From Octopus sinensis (lineage: Eukaryota), in assembly GCF_006345805.1 (NCBI RefSeq), contig NC_043006.1:92194001-92258000 (forward strand): a stretch of DNA of 64,000 bases, read 5' to 3'. Both the position numbers and the translations under genes were made by a program. The notes below the pieces were generated by a model. It was not told the origin of the DNA, did no database searches, and worked only from the letters and a program-made list of their open reading frames with translations. Below are positions 53,379 through 64,000 of this stretch, in pieces. The first letter of the stretch is position 1. Every line of letters begins with the position of its first letter.

Positions 53379-55056
53379 CATACAGATAGTTTTGTATCCT
53401 TCGTATGAAAGAAAATAAGTAAATATTGAATTATGTGATATAGGAGATACATTTAAATTTAAGTTCCCTGCCAAACGAATCATCGGCGTTGGATTCCAAA
53501 TAGATTGAATTAAATGTAGCGTTTTTCGTTTCCTGCCAATTTATTCTGAATTTAATTTAGAAATGATTGTTAAACTAAAATTATGTTTAAGCACAAAAAC
53601 TAATATAATTTCACTATAAAATGTCCTCTTCTCTTTATACTCCATCGGTTACGTTTTTCTATTTGGCGTTTCCTAAGAAGCGATGAATTGCAATCACAAT
53701 AAAGAGAATTGCCTTGGCAACCCATTTCCTGATAACTCTTATCGTGCAGGCTAAACCGAGTGGTCGAAACACACATAGACACACAATACATATATGAATA
53801 CATTGAAACACACACACACATTGCTGAAATAGAAAAGTGTTAAATTTCTTTCGACAAAAGGGGCCATTACTGGTTTCAAATCCCGAAATTGAAAGAATAT
53901 TAGGAACCGTCATAAATATGATATACACTTATTTTCAGGATTTTAATATAAACCAGAATCAATAATATTGTGATCGTTATATCTCTGTGTTTAAGAAGAT
54001 CCCTTTCTATTTTTCAATTAGCAAAACAAGTTAATATATTCTGTGTTTATATTCTTGCTGGAAGTACTGCGAATAAGCAGCTCCAAGTTTATTCTTGTTG
54101 CGTTGAGCAATCATTATCAAAGAGTAAAAAGAACATATATATTTCTATATTATTCTCGTATTTTTACATGAGATGTAATCCTTAAAGTATGTGCACACAC
54201 ACATACACACACACACACTCACATAACACACACACATATACACACACACACAACACACACAACACACACATACACACACACTCACACAACACACACACTC
54301 ACACAACACACACACACACACACAACACACACACACACACAGACACACACACAACACACATATTTTCTTTAAAGTAAACTCTTCATTTGACTCTAGGGTA
54401 TATATAATCTATGATATGATACCCTGTCTCAGTTATTGGTCAGTGGTGCAGTCTTGAAAGGGTTGTTTGGACAAATTGATCTCACAATTTACTTCTTAAG
54501 TCTGCTATTTTTTCTACAAGGCTTTTAGCCGAACCGCTATGTTATGAAGCAAATCAACACCGGTGTATTGTGCACGTTGGGTCAAACACAACGACAGGCA
54601 CATATAAATGAGCCCGTGAACACACAGACACAGACAGACAGACAGACACACATAGTAGTAAGCTGAAGAAAGGATACAAAGACACGTTAAAATCCCATTT
54701 GAAATGCCTTGAATTATGTTATAAAAGCCTGGAATCACTTGTGACGGATAGGAACGCATGGAGAGCTTCGATCTGAGCAGTGTTAAAGATTTTAAGCTTG
54801 GCAGAATAAAGCATGCAGAAATGAAAGGTTTGTAAAAATGATATTAATGCTGAGCGTTGCGTTTCTTGGTTCCTTCATTAAATGTCCTACATACACAAAG
54901 GTGTACATATCTCACACAGATATTAGATGGCACTAGCGCCGCCCTGGCGGGTAAGGTAGACATGAACTATTGGAATTTCATTCCCGATGAACAGTTTCAA
55001 TGCCATGTCTGTCAAAAAACCTGCAAATTCCCGCGCTTATAGTAGAAGGGACTTAC

Positions 55057-55105
55057 CTAAATGTGGAGCTGATTCCGGAGCGTAATGGTTGAAAGCCACA
55101 GCCAT
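55057..55105 (-). other. Candidate first coding exon (MAVAFNHYAPESAPHL-G)
   Basis: GCC-ATG-G start context and a consensus AG|GTAAGT donor in non-repetitive, locally GC-elevated DNA. No homology recognised. Confidence 0.25.
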
Positions 55106-57124
55106 GGCTATATATCATCATCTGTTTCTTTGACTTGCAATAATTATTCATGCTTATATTTTATAGACAATTACTTTCTCGATTAGTTATTTTCTGAACA
55201 ATATTCTTTTGCCTGTGTGATATTTCACAAACGCTCAAATTGTGAAATATCACATTTTCTTCCTAGTCATGTTACATTGTTGTTTGAAACAGTTCAGTTG
55301 TCATATCACAAAGTGAACTCGTAAATCTTGTAATAATTCAGTTGCGCACCTCACACAAAATGTACGTTATTTTTCTTTCTGTTTTTGTGCAACATCAATA
55401 AAACATCAAATAGTTTGTGACTGAATGAACCCATTAATTTATGGTAAATAGATATTAGATATATTTCTAGTTTCGGAAACAACCGTATAATTAAACTATA
55501 CAAGCATAAGCAAATAATAGACAATTATGGGACAATGTTTTCATATTAATTAAGGCGAGTAATTTTCAAGTTGCTGCTCCAGTGCATCAATTTTAAAAAT
55601 TGTAATTTTATACAATCAGTTAAGTTGGGTCGGACGTTTTGTCCAGGTTACATTTCAACGTTAACGGTAGCTGCCACATAAACTTTCTTTCTACCAGATC
55701 GTGACTCTTTTTCTTTCAGGCGTTCATACGATTAGTTTTTGATATTAAATAATTTCGTGACTGAGTAGTTGATATATTATATATTGCAAACACTTTGAAT
55801 TTCTAAGACGATATATTTTGAATCAGTTATTAGCATTTGAAAACAATTGTGCAAACTTCATTCACAAAGGAAATGGTGTATGTATATATGCGTGTAAAAA
55901 AAATATAGAAACTAATATTCGCTCAGATCATTTGAAATTAATATTTCTGTATTTGATTAGTTTAGCCACGCAATAGAAGAAATGGTTACAAGCTCGGAAG
56001 TAAAAAGCAGTAAAAATACTTTTATAAATTGTATATACTTATATATTTGTGTCACATCATGTCGGTTTTTTTTCCCGTTGAAAGGCATTTGATAATCAGT
56101 ATTAAGTATACGTGTTCTTTTTCCATAAACATTAAAGATTTTATCAATAACAATAAGGTTATTTCACACAAATAGCTATGATATAAAGTAATACTCGATT
56201 TTCTCATTACATACGGTTTTGATGTGAATTTTGGATGAAGTGTCCACTTTGTGATTAGCACGTAAAAATACATTATATACTACAAAATATGAGTTTTTGT
56301 GAGAATGTATAGAGAAACAAATATAATCTTGTTATAATCATTTTATGACTCAGACTGTCATTTTTTTCTTGTAATTAACCCCAATGGAAATATATTTCAA
56401 ATAAATTTATTTGTACCACATATTGAAACTTGATTTTCATTATCAATTTTATAGATTCAGTGAAATTGATCTGCAGTATTTTCATGGGTTTGTTTTCAAA
56501 TTAATAATAGCCTTCTTGTTTGATATATTACGGTGTCTGAAACCACCTTTGAATTATGGAAAATGACACTTTATCGGAAACTGGCAATAAACTATCGATA
56601 CGTGGTCATAAAATATTGTCAGATCAGTTCATCCAAAATTATTGATCCGTTATGGTTATCAGGCACGATCGTTAAGAAAGATATATATATTTTTATTTTT
56701 AGCCATCTCTTTGTTGAAACACTCATACTACGGAGAAGGTTGAAATAATCGTGGCAAACTTTTACGGATGATTCTTAAATTGGAAATCATTTTATTCTCA
56801 TTTCGAAGCAGTCAACATCAAATTACTGACATAACATTGACACACCGTGTCTGAGATGTTACCAATATCTGAAAAGTAATAATCTGATGCATAGTCTCTT
56901 AATGTTAATGATTATAACGATGGCGACGACGGTGGTAACGGGAAGGATGATGATTATGGTTGTTGTTGTTATTGTTGTGGTGGTGGTGGTGGTGGTGGTG
57001 GTAATGACATAGCTATGATAATGATTATAATGACAATTCTTGTGATGAAGGCAGTTTTATATTATAACCCTTTCTTCTCGCTATGACTGGAGAATTGCCT
57101 TATAATCTAGTGTCATTCGTTGCA

Positions 57125-57166
<42 letters not shown>

Positions 57167-57289
57167 ACTACTACTACTACTACTACTACTAGCAATTTTA
57201 GTTGTGAACAATGTAATAATAGGATCAGAAAACACCAACTTACGCTTGTATGTATGTATATAAACGAATGCAGATATATGTATTTATGT

Positions 57290-57332
<43 letters not shown>

Positions 57333-57799
57333 ATGTATGTATGTATGTTTATGTCTATGTCAGTTATTGCAATTGAATAATAGATGTGAGTGGGGGTAAA
57401 ACAAACCCAGAATTTACCTTATTTGCCTTATTTTTCTTATTTGTCATATATATATATATATATATATATATGAAAAAATAAGTCAGGATAGAAAATGTTA
57501 AAATAACTTTAGAAGAAGAAGAAGATGATGATGAGGATGATGAAGAAGCAGAAGAAGAAGAAGAGAAGAAGAAGAAGAAGAAGAAGAAGAAGAAGAAGAA
57601 GAAGAAGAAGAAGAAGAAAGAGAAGGGAGAAGAAGAATGAGTGAAAGTAGTGAGGTGTAGAATGACTTAAAGTTGGCACGTTATGGATTATAGCAGTGAT
57701 TGGGGCTATTTTTTAATGGATTCTTAGGAATGTAATATTCGCATGTGTATTTGTGTTATTCTAAGGTCGAGGTGGATATGTCGTTTGTCGTAGACGCGT

Positions 57800-58172
57800 T
57801 CATAAGGGGCCTGTATTTTGTAATAAAGAGAGTTTCTTTACTAATTCGTTGGCTCCAGGTTGTATCGTCCCTGAATTGGTTGAGGGGAAAATCCTGAAGC
57901 GTGGAGTTTTGTTGTTGGTGCAAATATCTATGTGTTGGCTGAATGCTATTTTTTTGTTTTTGGGAATTTTTATCTGGGATCTGTGCAGGGCCATTCTTTT
58001 ACGTAAATTATTTTTTGTTTGGCCTATGTATTGCTCTTGACACCCAGAGCAGGTTAATGTATGTATCAGGTTCTCCGAAGCACATGTGAAGCTGCTTTTC
58101 ACTGTGAAGCGTTGTCCCTGTTTGAAGGAGAATTCTGATCCCTCAATTAGATAATCGCATATCCCACAATTG
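57800..58172 (-). pseudogene. Penelope GIY-YIG endonuclease fragment
   Basis: CGICDYL...VKSSFTCASENLIHTLTCSGCQEQYIGQTKNNLRKRMALHRSQIK...FSQHIDIC: GIY-YIG (YIGQT, R..H) with the PLE CCHH-type residues. C-terminus is frameshifted. Confidence 0.9.
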
Positions 58173-58399
58173 GGTCTGGAGCCAACGAATTAGTAAAGAA
58201 ACTCTCTTTATTACAAAATACAGGCCCCTTCTGAACGCGTCTACGACATATCCACCTCGGCCTATTACATTCCTTAGAATCCATTAAAAAACAACCCCAA
58301 TCACTGCTATAATCCATAACGTGCCAACTTTAAGTCATTCAACACCTCACTACTTTCATTCTTATTCTCCATTCTCTTTCTTCTTCTTCATCATTTTCT

Positions 58400-58431
<32 letters not shown>

Positions 58432-58851
58432 TTCTTCTTCTTCTTCTTCTTCTTCTTCTTCTTCTTCTTCTTCTTCTTCTTCTTCTCCCCTCTTCTCCTT
58501 CCTAACTTTATCACTAATGTTTTTTTAGTATAACACCTACGCAAGTTCTATAAACAGAACATTCAATAGAAATATTTTCAGGAATTGAACAGCAACTGCT
58601 AGCCTCCACTGACCATTCAAAATACTACAATCATGGCACTCCCAAATTCTTCGTCTTCTTCCTCTCCTTCTCCTCCTCCTCCTCCTTCTTCCCTACCAAG
58701 AATTCACAATGATCTCGAACCCACAAGAGTAAACAAGAGAGACAGAGACTGACAGAAACAAGGAAAATGCCACTTATATTTGAACACTATACAAATATTC
58801 TTTTAAAAAACTTTTCTTTTAATTTTTCTAAATTTACTTACTTAATTGTTA

Positions 58852-58887
58852 CAGTTGAAAAGGTCTCGATAACTGAAACTGGTACTG
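58852..58887 (+). ncRNA. Hammerhead ribozyme relic, UUGAAAA (U3-A8) core; paralogue at 25873-25908
   Basis: CAG TTGAAAA GGT-CTCGATA-ACT GAAA CTGGT A CTG. The paralogue reads CAG TTGAAAA AGTT-TCAAT-GACT GAAA CCAGT G CTG. Confidence 0.55.
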
Positions 58888-58995
58888 AAATGCTCTTTAT
58901 AAAATGATTTTAGCATTTTCTATCCTGACTTATTTTTTCATATATATCAACTCGTGTGTTCCTTTTCATTCTTATACATATATACATTGTACGTT

Positions 58996-59113
58996 ATTGT
59001 ATGGATAATAACGTACTAAATTCCGGTGCCTCAACTTAAGTACCATATTCATCTGAATGTATATATATATATATATACATTCAGATGAATATGGTACTTA
59101 AGTTGAGGCACCA

Positions 59114-59171
<58 letters not shown>

Positions 59172-59232
59172 TCAAATGACTATGGTACTTAAGTTGAGGC
59201 ACCAGAATTTAGTACGTTATTATCCATACAAT
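58996..59232. mobile_element. Fold-back element with (TA)n centre and a duplicated right arm
   Basis: Left arm 58996-59060; partial inverted arm 59077-59117; full inverted arm 59168-59232. Confidence 0.85.
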
Positions 59233-59271
59233 TTCAAAGTAAGGTGATTAAAATCAAAATATGCAAGAAGG

Positions 59272-59642
59272 ATATCGAGAGGTAATGCAGTACGATCGTT
59301 TCAAGCAACTCCATTTAATTGAACAATGAAACCATTACATCAATTTAAATGCTGAGCAATCCTCAGCTGCATAAGAATATATAATTTAATTAAATTAAAA
59401 CAGATGGAGACATTAGAATAATTTTACCTAAAATATCCAAGGCAGCATGTTATTTGCCTATTTCCTTAACTTCTTAAAGATTTTAGGTAAAATTATACTA
59501 ATGTGTCCATCTGCTTTAATTCAATTAAATTCTATGTCCTTATGGAGCTGAGGATTGCTTTGCATTTAAATTGATGTAATGGTTGCATTGTTCAATTAAA
59601 TGGAGTTGCTTGAAACGATCGTACTGCATTACCTCTCGATAT
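59272..59642. mobile_element. Fold-back MITE, ~160-bp arms, probable TA TSD
   Basis: ATATCGAGAGGTAATGCAGTACGATCGTTTCAAGCAACTCCATTTAATTGAACAATG... inverted at 59586-59642, continuing inward to ...TTTTACCTAAAAT / ATTTTAGGTAAAA. Confidence 0.9.
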
Positions 59643-60185
59643 AGTTGTTGCTTATTTTGATATTTTGATACACACACACACACACATATACATATATACA
59701 TATATTAATGCGTGGTTGTGCGTGAGTGTATGAAGATATGAATATGTGCAACCAACTAAATCTAGATCTAAGCGACGCTATATTAGAAATATATTTTGTA
59801 GTGTCATCTAAGCTTTTCAAGAAACGTATAAATGAAGTTTTGTAGCCTGTCTTTGGCATAGAGACATTCATAGACATACGTACAAGAACACACTCTTATA
59901 TTTATCTAATGCTTACCTATTTCATGTTTAGCCGTTTAGAGGAGAATGGAGACAAAAGGTCTGCGGTCGTGTGTGGTAGTATGCGTAATTCTTGCTAGAC
60001 AGACAGTCTCCTGGCCAAATGAAATGTGTCATAACTGCAGGTGATACGATGACAAATGAACATCTTGCAAGATGTAAGTATAACTTTAAAGCCGTATACT
60101 TCTATGTAATGTTAGTAAGACACCGCAGGCTTGCAGACATACGAGGTTTATTCTCGTCTTAATATAAACACATAGTCATAAATGG

Positions 60186-60189
<4 letters not shown>

Positions 60190-60227
<38 letters not shown>

Positions 60228-60280
60228 ACACACACACACATATACACGCAGACAGACACACACGCATTCGACATGTATAT

Positions 60281-60323
<43 letters not shown>

Positions 60324-60885
60324 GTATGTGTGTCTGTGTTTATTTGTCGGTAAATTTTTTCTATTAAAAACGATCAACAGAATACAGATTGTTTATTTAT
60401 TCAGCATCTGTAATGTTCTGGATAATAACATATTATATGTGTTTCACGTTTGCGATTATTCCAACGATTTATAATTGAAAAGCAGCGTGATAATATATTA
60501 TTTATAAATCTGTGCTTCTCTGTTGTATGCACATTGCAGGGTGCATATTATTCTTTTCTTCTTTTATCATTTTACTTGTTTCAGTCATATGACTGTGGCC
60601 ATGATGGAGCACAACCTTGAAAGGTTTCAGTCAAACAAACCGATATCAGGATTTAGCTTTTTAAAGCTTAGTACTTATTCCATCAGTCAGCTTTGCCGAA
60701 CCGCTAGGTTACGGAGGCGTGAACACACAAGCACCGGTTATCAATCGGTGACGGGGTGACAAATACGCACACACACACGCACACACACACACGCACACAT
60801 ACACACACACACCACACACACACACACACACACAACACACACACACACACACATATACACGCAGACAGACACACACGCATTCGAC

Positions 60886-60931
<46 letters not shown>

Positions 60932-61408
60932 TATGCACGTATGTGTGTCTGTGTTTATTTGTCGGTAAATTTTTTCTATTAAAAACGATCAACAGAATAC
61001 AGATTGTTTATTTATTCAGCATCTGTAATGTTCTGGATAATAACATATTATATGTGTTTCACGTTTGCGATTATTCCAACGATTTATAATTGAAAAGCAG
61101 CGTGATAATATATTATTTATAAATCTGTGCTTCTCTGTTGTATGCACATTGCAGTGTGCATATTATTCTTTTCTTCTTTTATCATTTTACTTGTTTCAGT
61201 CATATGACTGTGGCCATGATGGAGCACAACCTTGAAAGGTTTCAGTCAAACAAACCGATATCAGGATTTAGCTTTTTAAAGCTTAGTACTTATTCCATCA
61301 GTCAGCTTTGCCGAACCGCTAGGTTACGGAGGCGTGAACACACAAGCACCGGTTATCAATCGGTGACGGGGTGACAAATACGCACACACACACGCACACA
61401 CACACACG

Positions 61409-61455
<47 letters not shown>
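60190..61455. repeat. Near-perfect tandem duplication, ~615-bp unit, bounded by (CA)n; each unit contains a SINE A 3' half
   Basis: ORFs 60523..60759 and 61138..61374 differ at a single residue; offset 615. Confidence 0.92.
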
Positions 61456-61458
<3 letters not shown>

Positions 61459-61887
61459 TATATATAATTCTCACGCCATATAGTACACACTTTTAAAGTT
61501 ATTATGTGCCCCTAGGCACATAATCCGGTATAACCTACTTGGTCCAGATCTCTTCAGGGCTGTCTATTGAAAATAGCTAACGTTTACATATTTTTCTGAG
61601 GAATTTGAATTATATTTTACGATAAGTAGGGTGGTAAAAACGTAATAAAGAAGATGGATGAGGACACCATATTCGTATTTAAAGAATGCAAATAATGAAA
61701 AAAATGACGTTTTTTCATAATATATGATACATTTTGTATTTTTAAACATAGGAATATCCGTAGGACTCGTCATCTCTGGACGAATAATTTGCCTTTGAGC
61801 GATGCATTTACAATAAGTAAGATAGAGATTATTACTTTAGTTTATGTTCATATCGAAAGGAGTCTCCATCACTCTCAGGCGCATATC

Positions 61888-61974
<87 letters not shown>

Positions 61975-62015
61975 ATACACACACACATGCACGCACACAC
62001 ACACACACACACACA

Positions 62016-62665
62016 TGGATGAAACCATTGCCCATATCACGAAAAAATGTCCTAGACTTGTCCCAAACCACTACAAGTTGTGGCGACACGATCAGGTAAC
62101 GAAAGTGCTACATTGGAAACTGCGAAAAGTGCGGGTTAAAGAGAGGCAAGACATGGTATGAGCACAAACAGCAGAGAGTGGCGGACTGGGAAACTAGCAA
62201 AATCCTCTGGGTCTCCCAAAACCAAACAGATCAAGTACTAGAGTATAACAGACCGGACCTAGTAATGGTCAACAAGACGCACCACAGGTGCTATACAGTT
62301 GACGTTGCGTGCTCCTTTGACCCACGAACAATCAAGAAGGAAGGCGAAAAAATACATAAATATAACACTCTTAAGTATGAAATAGCCCGGCTATGGAAAT
62401 GAAGAAGGTGAAGATAGTACCAATAATTGTTATGTCCTTGGAAACAGTATCACAAGTCATCAAGAGGAATATAAAGGAAATTGGACTAGTGTGCCATGTA
62501 GAACTGTTAGAAAAGATGTGCCTCCTTGACGCGTCCAGAATAACTAGGCAAGTATTAGATAGTTAAAAAGAACGGATAACATAGTACCGTGGGCTGCAGG
62601 TAGCAAGCATGCAAGAATCCAAGTGTGGCAACAAAACCTGTGATAAAGAGAAATAATAATAATTA
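62016..62665 (+). mobile_element. R4/Dong-like LINE 3' fragment (CCHC + restriction-like endonuclease) ending in (AAT)n
   Basis: ETIAHITKKC...WRHDQV...HW; ILW..QTDQVLEYNRPDLV...VDVAC...KIHKYNTLKYEI. Ends GAGAAATAATAATAAT. Confidence 0.85.
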
Positions 62666-62789
62666 TCAATTCAACTGCGAGCACAATGCTTGGAAAACTT
62701 TTGGGGGAACCGGGCTAGTCGATCACATCGACTGCAGTGCGTAATTGGTACTTATTTCATCGATCCCGAAAGGACCAGTGTCTCACTAC

Positions 62790-63792
<1,003 letters not shown>

Positions 63793-63799
63793 CAACAAG

Positions 63800-63945
63800 T
63801 TTTCTGTACTATAGGCGCAAGGCCTGAAATTTGGGGAGTGGGTAGACGATTTTATCAACCTCAGTTGTAGACTGGTATTTAGTTGAGCGAACCTTGAAGG
63901 ATGAAAGGCAAGGTTGATTTTGTCAGGATTTGAACACAAAAATAA
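63800..63945 (-). mobile_element. SINE family B (tail 2), diverged 3' part
   Basis: GGCGCAAGGCCTGAAATTTGGGG...GAAGGATGAAAGGCAAGGTTGA on + strand. Confidence 0.7.
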
Positions 63946-64000
63946 AGAACCTGAACAGACACTACAAGGATGTGTTTTCCTCTAATTATTCTACTAACTC

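Larger units (their letters stand above)
57470..58980 (-). mobile_element. Penelope-like element: GIY-YIG endonuclease flanked by inverted pseudo-LTRs
   Basis: Coding part 57800-58172 on minus; 57500-57858 is the reverse complement of 58176-58500, including (GAA)n/(TTC)n. The + strand repeat continues to 58980. Confidence 0.88.

Noticed and set aside
54990-55042. FQCHVCQKT as a C2H2 zinc finger
   Set aside because: No histidine pair; the frame stops shortly after.

Overview
AT-rich, microsatellite-saturated animal genomic DNA. The tRNA-derived SINE families and the density of TA/CA/TATC repeats suggest an octopus or related coleoid; this is inference, not a database result. No host protein-coding gene can be identified with confidence, only low-confidence exon candidates. 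The window is dominated by transposable elements: (1) a near full-length Tx1/L1-clade LINE (ORF1 with RRM-like region and CCHC knuckle; ORF2 with APE, RT and CCHC; frameshifted) plus a second, divergent 5'-truncated copy, both sitting inside (TATC)n arrays; (2) three CR1-group LINE fragments, one RTE fragment and three R4/Dong-like RLE fragments; (3) a Penelope-like element with a GIY-YIG endonuclease and inverted pseudo-LTRs; (4) a mariner relic, Helitron-like non-autonomous elements and at least six fold-back MITE-like elements; (5) many SINE copies in three or four modular families. The most interesting signals are an apparently (TATC)n-targeting Tx1 lineage and a SINE that shares its 3' stem-loop tail and a TAT-starting target. 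Also notable are a second SINE/LINE pair (CR1-group) with a covarying 3' stem-loop, and three different minimal hammerhead-ribozyme cores (canonical, A6U, and U3-A8 compensatory) in Penelope-type repeats. Most short ORFs in the supplied track are microsatellite or antisense artefacts.
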